A DNA stretch of 64,000 nt, taken from Rickettsiales bacterium. GTDB taxonomy: Bacteria > Pseudomonadota > Alphaproteobacteria > Rickettsiales > UBA998. A model generated the notes under the pieces. It saw only the letters and a program-made list of their open reading frames with translations, was not told the origin of the DNA and did not search any database. Position numbers and translations under genes: made by a program. The stretch is from NCBI GenBank assembly GCA_965248995.1, contig CBDFKY010000006.1, forward strand, positions 101,729 to 165,728. Direction: 5' to 3'. Shown here in pieces: positions 26,399 to 37,000 of this stretch (positions within the stretch are counted from its first letter, which is position 1; each line of letters begins with the position of its first letter).

Positions 26399-28777
26399 TT
26401 AAGCCTGGCGTGAGATGTTTTCCGTCTGATTTTCCTGCTGCCTGGTCAGCCTGTCACGCCAGGAAACCGTTTTCACCAGCCGGTCACGTATCGTTCCCTT
26501 TGCCGCTTCAAGGGTGGAGATCACCTCGATGCCATAAGTTTCCATGACGTCCGTATTCAGGCTGCGGTCAGCGTTCATCAGGCCATAGGTCTGGAGAATA
26601 CCGTCGAATATGCCGGTAGGCTGGAGGGTGAGGCCTCCGGTCTCATGTGAACGTGGTTGCATGATTTCCCGGTTGTAGAGAATGATTTTCCCCTGACGTT
26701 CGGGCGTGCCGTCGCTGTACGGACTGTTGTCGTTGGCGGCTGGCGCTTGCCGTCTTTCTTCCATGACCTGTTTGAATGCGTGAACGATCTCTTCGTCGGT
26801 TCCGATGGCGCCCGGGAAAAATACTTTGGTGCCGGTCGACATCAGCCCGTCAAGCCGGCGCACGCGGTTGCCCGTATCCTGATACAGCGTAGCGGCAGGC
26901 CACTGGCGGTTGGGACTCTCCATGTCGATCAGCGGCTGGGTGCTGTAGGCGTAGAACATGTCGCGCGGAATGTGGCCGAGGTCCGCCAGCTTGTTGACCA
27001 GGCCGGGATGCTGCAGAATCAGTTCTTCCGCAGCAAGCCGGAACAGCACCTCCCTCTCCGAGGATTCGAGCGTACGCATGGCGCTGCTGTTTTCTTTCAA
27101 CCGGTCGAGATGAAAGCGGATGAAACCGGTATGGGTGGCGCCCATCGAGCCTTCCACCTGTCCGCCGCCCGTGACGATCCGTATCCCCTGCGATGCCAGG
27201 AAGTGGCCGAACGCTTCCGCCTCCTCCAGATCCTGCCTATTATTGTTATGATGACCGCCCGCCACCAGTACCGAGAGCGTCCCGTCATCCGGAATCAGGT
27301 CAAGCGACCGGGAAGGGTCTGTGTCCTCGGTAGGGGCAGGGGCGTCGTCGCTCCGGATGATCACGCTGCCGAGGTTGTCCACCTCCTGATGAAGGAGGTG
27401 TTGCAGCGCTTCATCCGACTCCGCCACCAGAAACGGAAATTCTCCCATGAAACGTCCCGTTTGGAATCCGTGCCGGAACACTTCCAGCGTATGGCGGAAC
27501 TGGCCGCTGCGATTATCCAGGATCACGGGCGTGCCCATCGAGAGCGGGTCGGTCAGTACGCTTACCCCGATGTAATCGGCGAGCAGCAGGTTCGGATCGT
27601 AGATCAGCCCGTCCTTCTCAACGACCGGCTCAGGACGCAGCACGATGATGTCCGATCCGTTCAGCAGGCGCCTGCCAGGATGGTTTCGCAGTTCGTCCCG
27701 CGTCGGGATGGAGGCGATCCGGAAGTCCTTTCCGGCGATGCCGGAAAGCAGGGAGGTGGTCGCTTCCGGTAGTGTCCGCTCCTCTCCTTCGAATTCGGAA
27801 GGCGAGACATACGCGATATGAATTTCCTGATGCTGCTGCGTCTGCGGCTGCACCCCGAGCCGGTCCTGCAGCCATTCGGCGCATTGGCGGCGGGCAAAGG
27901 AAAACGGCAGTGTCGTGCTGTGGGTGGAGAAAGACCGCTCCCGCAACTGAGCAAAACTTTCCGGTCGGTCCACCGTCTGGCCGTCTGGAATCTGTACGGA
28001 ATCCGTATTGAGCGCCATTCCTTCCGGCAGGTTTTCGATCAGCCGGTGGAATTCCTTCAGGCTGATGATGTCGCCGGATGCGTCGAAATGCTTGGTGAAC
28101 ACATGATTCTCCAAGTTTTCTCCCCGGATGCCGAACGCTACCTGAATGTCCGTCCGGTAGCGCAGCTCCCGCATTCCGATGCTCTCAGAGGCGGCGTACA
28201 CCACTTCCATCAACTCGTTGAACCCTCCCGGCAAATATTCCTGAAAAGGTTTCAGGTTCGGGCCGGGAAAAGAATCGGTGATATGGTTGAAAAGCCATGC
28301 CTTGTCTTCCGGCCGGAAACGCTCGGCCAGCAGCTCGGTCACCTTATCCAGAAACGGTTTCTTCTCCGCGTCGGTCAGGATAACTTCCCAGCCGGAATCT
28401 TCCGTCATGCCCACCAGCATGGTCGCTTCCGCCTCCTGCTCCGTCATGCCGCTGCCCTGAAGGCGGGCGCGGATGGAGCGTTCCCGTTCAGTTAGGGTCC
28501 GGGTCAGCGCATTTACCTTCAGCAGCGCGTGTCGTGCGTAGTCTCCTTCTTTTTCAGGGATATATCCGGGGGTGATGCCCAGCGCGCCCGTGTGGGTGAA
28601 GATTCCGTCGATACCTTTTTTCCCGGATTTCTCCCCATTATCCAGCGCATTGAACAAAGTCGCATATTTGCTGCGCTTGTCGGCAGAGGAGGTGCCTAGG
28701 ATAAAGGCAGGATTTTTTCCTTCAAGCAGGCTGAAAAATTCTTTCTCGCTGAGGGGATGCATCGCGGGCGTCGACAT
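26399..28777 (-). CDS. multidomain protein with tandem LOG/TIGR00730-like Rossmann modules and an uncharacterised N-terminal domain
   Basis: 792 aa from the ATG at 28777 (MSTPAMHPL...). The C-terminal module has VLVAGGHH...IRIVTGGGQVEGSMGA and FFPGAIGTDEEI (a PGGxGTxxE variant). The middle module has a LOG-like tail (GTPVILDNRSGQF...FLVAESDEALQHL). The N-terminal ~250 aa weakly resembles Ham1/ITPase. Confidence 0.7.
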   Translation of the reverse strand: MSTPAMHPLSEKEFFSLLEGKNPAFILGTSSADKRSKYATLFNALDNGEKSGKKGIDGIFTHTGALGITPGYIPEKEGDYARHALLKVNALTRTLTERERSIRARLQGSGMTEQEAEATMLVGMTEDSGWEVILTDAEKKPFLDKVTELLAERFRPEDKAWLFNHITDSFPGPNLKPFQEYLPGGFNELMEVVYAASESIGMRELRYRTDIQVAFGIRGENLENHVFTKHFDASGDIISLKEFHRLIENLPEGMALNTDSVQIPDGQTVDRPESFAQLRERSFSTHSTTLPFSFARRQCAEWLQDRLGVQPQTQQHQEIHIAYVSPSEFEGEERTLPEATTSLLSGIAGKDFRIASIPTRDELRNHPGRRLLNGSDIIVLRPEPVVEKDGLIYDPNLLLADYIGVSVLTDPLSMGTPVILDNRSGQFRHTLEVFRHGFQTGRFMGEFPFLVAESDEALQHLLHQEVDNLGSVIIRSDDAPAPTEDTDPSRSLDLIPDDGTLSVLVAGGHHNNNRQDLEEAEAFGHFLASQGIRIVTGGGQVEGSMGATHTGFIRFHLDRLKENSSAMRTLESSEREVLFRLAAEELILQHPGLVNKLADLGHIPRDMFYAYSTQPLIDMESPNRQWPAATLYQDTGNRVRRLDGLMSTGTKVFFPGAIGTDEEIVHAFKQVMEERRQAPAANDNSPYSDGTPERQGKIILYNREIMQPRSHETGGLTLQPTGIFDGILQTYGLMNADRSLNTDVMETYGIEVISTLEAAKGTIRDRLVKTVSWRDRLTRQQENQTENISRQA

Positions 28778-28922
28778 ACGGAATCCTGAGTTAAGCCGCG
28801 TTAATATATAAAGAGGATTGCATGTGTGCAATGCGAATGTTTTACGACGCCCAACTTTTCTCTTCCGGAATTCGAGATCCTGTTTCTTTATAAATGCCGA
28901 ACAACAGGAAGAGGAATAGAGC

Positions 28923-31900
28923 ATGGCATCCATCGTACTCGGTGCGGCAGGCGCGGCGGCAGGGGCAAGCGTACCCATCTTCGGCGCGACGCTGGGGCGG
29001 GCGCTTGGAAGATCGCTGGGCGTGGCGGTGGACCATGCGTTTTCCGGCACGTCCGTGCGCCATGTCGACGGCGCACGGCTGGCCGATCTTTCCGTGCAGG
29101 TCTCCACCCTACGGCAAGATGATTCCGAACCTGTACGGAACGATGCGACTGGCCGGGAATATCATCTGGTCGACGCCGATCAAGGAAACGCGTACCACGA
29201 CGTCCGCCCACTCCGGCGGTGGCAAAGGCGCGGGCGGCGGGGGCACCAAAACCACCACGACGACCTACAGCTATACCGTGTCGCTGGCGATCGCCCTATG
29301 TACCGGCGAGATCAGCGAGATCATCCGCGTGTGGGCGGATGCGAAACTGCTGGACCGCTCTATGGGGACTTACCGCCTGTATAAAGGCGATGAAACCCAG
29401 CTGCCCGATCCGCTGATGGAAGCGGTGGAAGGGGTGGGCAAGATACCGGCTTACCGCGGTCTCGCCTATCTCGTGATCGAGGATTTCCCGCTCGCCGATT
29501 ACGGCAACCGTATTCCCAACTTCACGTTCGAGGTCAAACGTCCGCTCAGGCTGCCCGATTATCAGGGCCAGACCACGGAGGAAATGGTCACGGCGATCAC
29601 CCTGATCCCCGGCGCCGGGGAATTCGTGTATGATACCGTCCGCCAGACCAAAGTGCAGGGGGAGGCGACAGGTACCGGTTTCGCGGAGAGCGCGTTCAGG
29701 CAGCCGATCAATTACCATACCCCGGAAGAGGGAACGAACGCGAGCGTGGCGCTCGACCAGCTGGCCGGCAACTGTCCGAACCTCGAATGGGTGTCCGTGG
29801 TGGTCACTTGGTTCGGTGACAGCATGGACGCGGGCGTCTGCACCATCCTGCCCGCCGTGGAATACCGGGATGGGGCGATGACTGATCCGAACAGCTGGTC
29901 AGTCGCGGGCTATAGCCGCGATACCGCACGCGTGATGACGATCATCGACGGCAGCCCGCGTTACGGCGGCACGCCGGATGACGGATCGGTGCTGCGCCTG
30001 CTGGCCGACCTGCGGGCCCGCGGGTATAAGATCATGTTCTATCCGCTGTTCTTCATGGATGTGGACGACAAGCCCTGGCGCGGGCGAGTGACGGGCAGCG
30101 CCGGCGACGTGGCGTCATTTTTCACGCGTACCCACGGGTATGACGCGTTCATCACCTATTATGCGAATCTGGTGAAGGACAAGGTGGACGCGTTCGTGAT
30201 CGGCTCGGAGCTGATCGGGCTTACCCGTGTCAGTAGCAGCGCGGGAGTTTATCCCGCTGTGAGCGCGCTGGTCTCCCTGGCAGCCAGTGTGCAGAGCGTG
30301 ATGGGTACGGCCACCAAACTCACCTACGCCGCCGACTGGTCGGAATACCATCATACCGACGGCGGATGGTATAACCTCGACCCGCTCTGGGCTTCCGCCA
30401 ATATCGACGCGATCGGTATCGATGCATATTTCCCGCTGACATCCGCGCCGCAGACCGAACTGGGGTACGGGATCGACCCGGTAGTCGCCGGTTGGGATAG
30501 CGGCGAGGGACATGATTATTATTATACGGACGCGGAGCGTACCGTCACGGCACCACTCGGTGCGGCGTATGCGTGGAAAAACCTGGAATGGTTCTGGAAC
30601 CAACCGCACACCAACCCGAACGGAGCGACGACAGGCTGGGTGCCGCAATCCAAAAAAATCTGGTTCACCGAGTTCGGCTTTCCAAGCGTGGACGGCGCGA
30701 CCAACCAGCCCAACGTGTTTTACGATCCGACCAGTTCGGAGAGTTTTTTCCCGCGCTTCTCCTCCGGAATGGTGGATATACGGGCGCAGCGGACCGGCAT
30801 AACGGGTACGCTCGCCAAGTGGAAAGGGTCGAGCATGGTGGAGCGTCTGTTTCTCTGGACGTGGGACGCCCGGCCTTATCCGTATTTTCCGGATCTCCGT
30901 TCCGTCTGGGCAGACGGGGGCGTGTGGGCGACCGGCCACTGGGTGACGGGGAAATTCGGTGTCTCGGGGCTCGCGGCGATCGTGCGGGATCTTTGCTTTC
31001 AGGCGGGTCTGGGCGATGAGCAGGTCGACGTCAGCCGCCTGACAGACCGGGTGGACGGCTATGCGTTGACGCGGCGGGATACGGCGCGGGCGTCACTGGA
31101 AGAATTGATGAGCGCGTACTTCTTCGATGCGGTGGAGCGCAGCGGGGTCCTTACCTTCCTGCCGCGGGCCGGGGCGTCGGTGGCGGATATTTCCGTGACC
31201 GATCTGGTACGCCCGGAAGGAAAGCAGGTGCTCGCCAAGGCCCGCCGTCCCGAACTGGAACTGCCCGGAGCGGTGGAAGTCCTCACGCTCGACCGGCTGC
31301 GCAATTACCAGACTTCCACCCGCCGCGCCGTGCGGCAGGTGACGGTCAGCCGCACCACGGAGACACTCACCCTGCCGCTGGTGATGTCAGGGGCGGAAGC
31401 GGAAGCGATCGCGGCCCGGCATCTCTACTTGGCGTGGCTGGAGCGGGTGGCGTATGTCTTCACGCTGGACGCCGCTTACAGCAGGCTGGAACCTGCCGAC
31501 GTGGTGACGCTGGTGGAGGAAAATACCGCCACGCGCCTGCGGATTACCCGCCTCCTGCAGGAAAAGGGGCAGGTACATGTGGAAGCGGTGGAAGAAGACA
31601 TCACGCTGTATGACGTGGTAGCGCCCGACGATACCGTCCCGGTCACCCCTACGGTCGCCACCGTCCCCGCTACTGCCGTGATACTGCTGGACCTGCCCGC
31701 GTTTCCGGGCGACGCTCCGACCGACGCCACGCTGCGGGTCGCCTGCATAAGCGAGGCGGCGGGATGGAACGGGGCCGCGCTCTATCGCGGCGAGGACGGG
31801 GGAGAATACAGCCGTATCGCCGATGCCGGGGATGCGGCGGTGATCGGTACCGTGACACTTGCGCCCGCGAATTTTGCCGGCGGTAACCGACTGGATGAAG

Positions 31901-32586
31901 CCTCGTTTTTCGAAGTGCTGTTGCGGGGGGAGGGGTCGCTGTCCGGCGTACCCCTGCAGGGATTGCTGAACGGGGCCAACGCCGCCGTCATGGGAAATGA
32001 GATCCTGCAATTCAGGGACGCCGTACTGCTCTCCCCTCATAAGTACCGTTTAAGCGGTTTGCTGCGCGGCCGGCTCGGCACGGAAGAAGCGACAGCGGGT
32101 CATGCGAGTGGGGAACGTTTCATACTGCTCAGCCCGGCACTGACGGAAATCGCCGTCGCGCCGCAACTGTTCGGTCTACCGCGAAATTATAAGGCGGTGA
32201 GCATCGGTGCGACGCTCGCTTCTGCCCCTGCCAGTTCTTTTATGTATACCGCCAAGGCGCTGCAGCCTTACGCGCCGGTGCGCGGCGCCGTTTCGGGTGC
32301 GGTCGGGAGTGATATCACGTTGACCTGGATCCGGCGTGACCGGCTGTACGGTCAGTGGCGGGATGGAGTCGATGCCGGATTGAGCGAGGTTTCGGAGCAA
32401 TATACGGTAGAGGTGATGCACGGCGCTAACTTGCTGCGTACCCTGACCGTCTCCATGCCGGTTGCGCTCTATGGTGCGGCGATGCAGGCAACCGACGGAA
32501 TAAGCGCCGGATCCACGCTGTCTTTTCGCATCTATCAGATGTCCGCGCTGGCGGGGCGCGGGAAACCGCTGGTGATCACGCTGTAA
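28923..32586 (+). pseudogene. GTA ORFg15-type host-specificity/tail protein, frameshifted
   Basis: The family-typical N-terminus MASIVLGAAGAAAGA...DLSVQVST is in the frame starting at 28923. The rest (YGKMIPNLYGTMRLAGNIIWSTPIKE...NRIPNFTFEV...) is in the +1 frame of listed ORF 28894..32586. The switch occurs at the C-run 29107-29109. Confidence 0.75.
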
Positions 32587-32596
32587 GGAAGAGCGC

Positions 32597-33142
32597 TCAT
32601 TCAAGCGTGAGGACCGTCAAGTTATGGTTGGTATACACGCAGATATCCCCGGCGATTTTCATCGAGGCGCGGGCGATGGTTTCCGCGTCCATCTCCGTCT
32701 CGACGAGACAGAGCGCCCGGGCGGCGGAGAGCGCGTAGTTCCCGCCGGAGCCGATCGCCGCGATGCCGTCCTCCGGTTCCAGTACATCCCCCGTGCCGCT
32801 TAAAATCAGGGTGGTGTCCCTGTCGGCGACGATCATCATCGCTTCCAGCCGTCGCAGATACCGGTCGGTGCGCCAGTCCTTCGCCAGTTCCACGCAGGCC
32901 CGCATCAGCTGGCCGGGATGTTTCTCCAGCTTCGCCTCCAGCCGTTCGAACAAGGTGAACGCATCCGCCGTCGCGCCCGCGAAGCCGGTGAGAATGCCGC
33001 CGTTCGCCAGGGTGCGCACTTTTTTCGCCGTCGCCTTGATGATGGTAGGCCCCAGACTTACCTGTCCGTCCCCCGCGATAATCACCTTTCCACCCTTGCG
33101 TACGGAAAGGATGGTGGTGGCGTGCCATGATTGTTCCGTCAT
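32597..33142 (-). CDS. hslV: ATP-dependent protease subunit HslV
   Basis: 181 aa. [26 protein letters not shown] is an N-terminal Thr protease motif. Confidence 0.95.
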   Translation of the reverse strand: MTEQSWHATTILSVRKGGKVIIAGDGQVSLGPTIIKATAKKVRTLANGGILTGFAGATADAFTLFERLEAKLEKHPGQLMRACVELAKDWRTDRYLRRLEAMMIVADRDTTLILSGTGDVLEPEDGIAAIGSGGNYALSAARALCLVETEMDAETIARASMKIAGDICVYTNHNLTVLTLE

Positions 33143-33226
33143 TTTCCTAAATCCTGATGGTTATTTTCTTTCTATATAGGTTTCATTTGCTTTTTCGCCA
33201 GTGGCTACCCATAAAATAATCAAACC

Positions 33227-33991
33227 ATGCAGCTCACCCAGGACGATGTCAATAATGCGTGCCGCTCACTTGCCTATCAAGTGGCGTTTATCGCCGTGAC
33301 GTTGGGCATGGGGATCGCCTACCTGCCACTGCTGCTGATGCGGCATCCCAGCCTGAAACATGCCGTTCCCTATAAATGGACGGGGATCGCCCTGAAACTG
33401 CAGCGTAATATCCTGGGGCTGGACTATGAAATGCGAAGCCACGTGCCGCTTGCGAAAGGCGGCGTGATTTATGCGGTGAAGCATCAATCGGCGTGGGAGA
33501 CCATCGCGCTCTGGCATATTCTCGACCGGCCCGTTTTCGTGCTGAAAAAAGAACTGCTGCATATTCCCATTTTCGGATGGTATCTGGGACAAGCAGATAA
33601 TATCGTCATCGACCGCGCTTCCGGGAAAAAGGCGGTCGGTCAGATCATCGACCAAAGTATGAAATATCTTAAAGAAGGCCGCGCAATCGTCATGTTTCCG
33701 GAGGGGACACGCAGCGCGCCGGGGGCGGAGGTGAAATATAAAAGCGGGATCGGGGCGGTGTATGAAGTGCTTTCCCCCGAAATCTATCCCGTAGCGCTCA
33801 ATTCCGGCTGTTTCTGGGGGCGTAACCGGTTGATGCGCAAGGCCGGTACGATCGACGTGGAAATCCTGCCGCCCCTGCCGGTCGGTCTCGGCAAGGCGGC
33901 ATTCATGAACGTGCTGGAAAAACAGATCGAGGCAGTGACCGCCCGGCTCGTCGCCAATCCGCAGTTTCCGAAAGGTTCAGAGTATTATTAG
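33227..33991 (+). CDS. plsC: 1-acyl-sn-glycerol-3-phosphate acyltransferase family protein
   Basis: 254 aa. HQSAWET (HX4D-type block) and FPEGTRS motifs. Confidence 0.85.
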   Translation: MQLTQDDVNNACRSLAYQVAFIAVTLGMGIAYLPLLLMRHPSLKHAVPYKWTGIALKLQRNILGLDYEMRSHVPLAKGGVIYAVKHQSAWETIALWHILDRPVFVLKKELLHIPIFGWYLGQADNIVIDRASGKKAVGQIIDQSMKYLKEGRAIVMFPEGTRSAPGAEVKYKSGIGAVYEVLSPEIYPVALNSGCFWGRNRLMRKAGTIDVEILPPLPVGLGKAAFMNVLEKQIEAVTARLVANPQFPKGSEYY

Positions 33992-34006
33992 TGTCATTTT
34001 CGCGTA

Positions 34007-34975
34007 TTACCGGTGGTGCATCTGGTTCATCGCCGCACCGCCGGTGGTCACCGGTCTGAGAGTGGGAGCGGAGTCGACCGCGTGAGCCACCTGCCCGCCT
34101 GATACCGTTCCATGCAATATCTTTTCAACCCTGGCAAGATATTCCGCACTGGATTCCTGATGCGGCTTGGGTAGAGCCGGATTCGGTTCATGCGCAGGCG
34201 CGGCAGGTACAGCTGACGCGGCTGGCGCGACAGGCGTAGCTGACGGGGCTGGCACGGCGGCGGACGGTTTTGCCGGCGCAGGTTCCGTCTTTTGCGGTGC
34301 CGGTGCGGAGGCGGCTTTGCCGGATTCCGGATAATCGGCGGGATTGAACTTCGGAATGTCCTGCCCCACCTCCGGCACACCTCGCAGCATGGCATCCAGT
34401 TTATCCGCGCGCCGAAACAGGGTATCCATCTTCTGAACATAGGTCTGCTGCTGGGGGTTTAACGGATGCGTCTCGATCACCGTATCCCTCAACGCCTTAT
34501 TTTTTTCCGTCGCGAGGAACGATCCGAACGATCCGGTCAGCGTATCGATGCCGAGATTGGCGCTGGCGGCTTTGGAAAAATCTCCCATAGCCTGCGCAGC
34601 GCCCATGATGTTGCCCTGTTCCACCGATACAAGCGCCGCTTCCAGTTCTTTCGGGGGCACGGCGTTATACAACGCGGCGATTTTCTGCGGCGATTGCGGA
34701 CTGACGATCCCCTTGAAATAGGCGTTGACGATCTCCGCCGTACCCGCGCTATGCAGCAGCGGGCTGGACTGCGCTTCCTTCTGGAACGCCACTTCCACCG
34801 TCTGTTTGATCGCCGCCGCTTTCTGTTCGGCAGAAAGTGCCGCGAATTGCTGATTGGCATCAAGTGCCTTATGCGCGTCAAGGACGCCGTGGATCAGCAC
34901 TTCGCGCAAGGCGATGTTGGTGACCATGTCTCCCACTTTATATTTTTCGGTATATTGCTGTATCGTCTGCGTCAT
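34007..34975 (-). CDS. hypothetical protein with Ala/Pro-rich segment
   Basis: 322 aa. Helical N-terminal ~200 aa, then SAPAPQKTEPAPAKPSAAVPAPSATPVAPAASAVPAAPA. No signal peptide seen. Confidence 0.6.
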   Translation of the reverse strand: MTQTIQQYTEKYKVGDMVTNIALREVLIHGVLDAHKALDANQQFAALSAEQKAAAIKQTVEVAFQKEAQSSPLLHSAGTAEIVNAYFKGIVSPQSPQKIAALYNAVPPKELEAALVSVEQGNIMGAAQAMGDFSKAASANLGIDTLTGSFGSFLATEKNKALRDTVIETHPLNPQQQTYVQKMDTLFRRADKLDAMLRGVPEVGQDIPKFNPADYPESGKAASAPAPQKTEPAPAKPSAAVPAPSATPVAPAASAVPAAPAHEPNPALPKPHQESSAEYLARVEKILHGTVSGGQVAHAVDSAPTLRPVTTGGAAMNQMHHR

Positions 34976-35113
34976 AATGCTATCCTGCCAATCTATTTTT
35001 TAACTTTACCTAATTTTTATGACATATTGATGACGCTGCGAACGCTTTGATTGCGGTTGCATCGCACTCCCCCGTCACGTATACTGGATAGCAACCGAAT
35101 TTTTGAATTAGTT

Positions 35114-35833
35114 ATGTCCCGAAGTTTCAACCGTACTTACAGCGACCTGCGCCCGGTCACCATCACTCCCAACGCAACGCGTCATGCGGAAGGGTCCTGC
35201 CTGATCGAATGCGGTTATACCAAGGTGCTGTGCACTGCCTCGATCGAAGACCGTGCGCCGCCTTTCCTGAAAGGGCAGGGGCTGGGCTGGGTGACGGCTG
35301 AATACGGAATGCTGCCGCGCGCTACCAATACCCGTAACCAGCGCGAGGCCGCGAAAGGACGCGTTTCCGGGCGGACCCATGAGATCCAGCGCCTGATCGG
35401 TCGTTCGCTCCGCGCCGCCATTGATCAGCGGCTGCTGGGAGAGCGGACCATCACGATCGACTGCGACGTACTGGAGGCGGACGGCGGGACGCGCACCGCT
35501 TCCATCACCGGCGGATTCGTGGCGCTCAGCCTCGCCTGCCAGACGCTGGTGCAGTCGCGCATTATCCGCACCTCTCCCATTATCCGGCCCGTGGCGGCCA
35601 TTTCCTGCGGCATCGTGCAGGGGGAGGCGCTGCTCGATCTCGATTACGTGGAGGATTCCAGCGCCGATGTCGACGCCAATTTCGTCATGACGGACGGAGC
35701 CAAGCTGATCGAGGTGCAGGGAACCGCCGAGGGCAATCCGTTTTCACTGGAGCAGTTCCAGAAGATGATGCAGCTCGCCATGCTGGGCACGACGGAACTG
35801 GTGGAGAAACAACGGGCGGCGCTGCATGGCTGA
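35114..35833 (+). CDS. rph: ribonuclease PH
   Basis: 239 aa from the ATG at 35114. [28 protein letters not shown] and [12 protein letters not shown] motifs. Confidence 0.93.
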   Translation: MSRSFNRTYSDLRPVTITPNATRHAEGSCLIECGYTKVLCTASIEDRAPPFLKGQGLGWVTAEYGMLPRATNTRNQREAAKGRVSGRTHEIQRLIGRSLRAAIDQRLLGERTITIDCDVLEADGGTRTASITGGFVALSLACQTLVQSRIIRTSPIIRPVAAISCGIVQGEALLDLDYVEDSSADVDANFVMTDGAKLIEVQGTAEGNPFSLEQFQKMMQLAMLGTTELVEKQRAALHG

Positions 35834-36455
35834 GTCTTACTATTTAAAGCCTGAGGATACCGTGGTGATCGCCACCCATAACGCCGGGAAACTGCGGGAG
35901 ATTTCCGCTATTCTGGCGGATATCGGCGTATCCGCCGTCGGTGCAGAGGCGTTCAACCTGCCGGAGCCGGAAGAAACGGGAGATTCGTTCGAGGCGAACG
36001 CGGTATTGAAAGCGGAAAGCGGCCTTGGTTACGTGCCGGAGGGCCACATCGTGCTGGCCGATGATTCGGGATTGTGCGTGGATGCGCTGGACGACAGGCC
36101 CGGTATTTACTCGGCGCGATGGGCCGGGCCCGCCAAGGATTTCGGCACGGCCTGGGAGCGTATTCAGGAGGAACTGACCGCTCGGGGCAGTACGCCCGAA
36201 GGCGCGGCGGCACGTTTCGTCTGCGTACTGGCACTGGCGAGGCATGGCGTGCCGTCCCTCACTTTTCGCGGCGAAGTACGCGGCCATCTCACGTTTCCCG
36301 CGCGCGGTGAAAAAGGATTCGGCTATGATCCTGTTTTTGTGCCGACGGGTCAGGCTCTCACCTTTGCGGAAATGGATGCCGGGATGAAATATGCCCTTTC
36401 CCACCGCACCCGCGCTTTTAATGCATTGATGGACTATGTGCGGAGGGCGGCATGA
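35826..36455 (+). CDS. rdgB: non-canonical purine NTP pyrophosphatase (RdgB/Ham1)
   Basis: 209 aa. [37 protein letters not shown] and SHRTRAF motifs. Overlaps the rph stop. Confidence 0.92.
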   Translation: MAESYYLKPEDTVVIATHNAGKLREISAILADIGVSAVGAEAFNLPEPEETGDSFEANAVLKAESGLGYVPEGHIVLADDSGLCVDALDDRPGIYSARWAGPAKDFGTAWERIQEELTARGSTPEGAAARFVCVLALARHGVPSLTFRGEVRGHLTFPARGEKGFGYDPVFVPTGQALTFAEMDAGMKYALSHRTRAFNALMDYVRRAA

Positions 36456-37000
36456 ACCTGCTGGCTTTCGCGGCTTCGCACCGTGCGGATTCCATCAATC
36501 TTGCCCTGCTTGAGCAAGCGGCTTCGTATATCGGTGTCGCTCATCACGATATCGCGATGACACTGGAACCTTTTTCCTCGTTCGACCTGCCGCTCTACAA
36601 CGACGTGGACCGGTTGGAGAAGGGAATGTCCCCCGCCGCCGACCGTCTGCGCGACCTGTTCGCCGCCGCCGACGCGGTGGTGATCGCCAGCCCGGAATAT
36701 AACTGGTCGGTGCCGGCGCACCTGAAAAACCTGCTGGACTGGATGTCGTGCTACCGTCCCGTTCCCTTTGAAAACAAGCCGGTATTCCTGATGAGCGCCA
36801 GCCCTTCCGAGCGGGGCGGCGTGCTCGGCCTTTCCCACCTCAAAACCGTGCTGGAAGCGCTGGACGCCTTGCCGTATCCGTTCATGATGCTGCTCGGTCA
36901 CGCACCCGGCTCGCTGCAAGACGAGGCAAAAATCACGCAGTTGCACGCGCAGCTCGACGCATTCATCGGGTACGCGAAGCGCCTGGCCTCCCCGTTTTGA
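36452..37000 (+). CDS. NADPH-dependent FMN reductase family protein
   Basis: 182 aa. AASHRADSIN and VIASPEYNWSVPAHLKNLLDW motifs. Confidence 0.85.
   Translation: MNLLAFAASHRADSINLALLEQAASYIGVAHHDIAMTLEPFSSFDLPLYNDVDRLEKGMSPAADRLRDLFAAADAVVIASPEYNWSVPAHLKNLLDWMSCYRPVPFENKPVFLMSASPSERGGVLGLSHLKTVLEALDALPYPFMMLLGHAPGSLQDEAKITQLHAQLDAFIGYAKRLASPF

Noticed and set aside
26657-28495. Two long plus-strand ORFs (371 and 225 aa)
   Set aside because: Both are antisense to the LOG-fusion gene. Arg/His-rich shadow frames.
28894-29106. N-terminal part of listed ORF 28894..32586 (MPNNRKRNRAWHPSY...)
   Set aside because: The family-typical N-terminus is in the other frame (28923 onward). This stretch is only the out-of-frame read-through upstream of the frameshift.
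28778-29107. 110-codon N-terminal extension of listed ORF 26399..29107
   Set aside because: It would run across the divergent promoter region and into the GTA gene. Its composition (Ser/Pro/Ala/Thr-rich, then KKQDLEFRKRK) is unlike the rest of the protein. The ATG at 28777 begins a plausible N-terminus.
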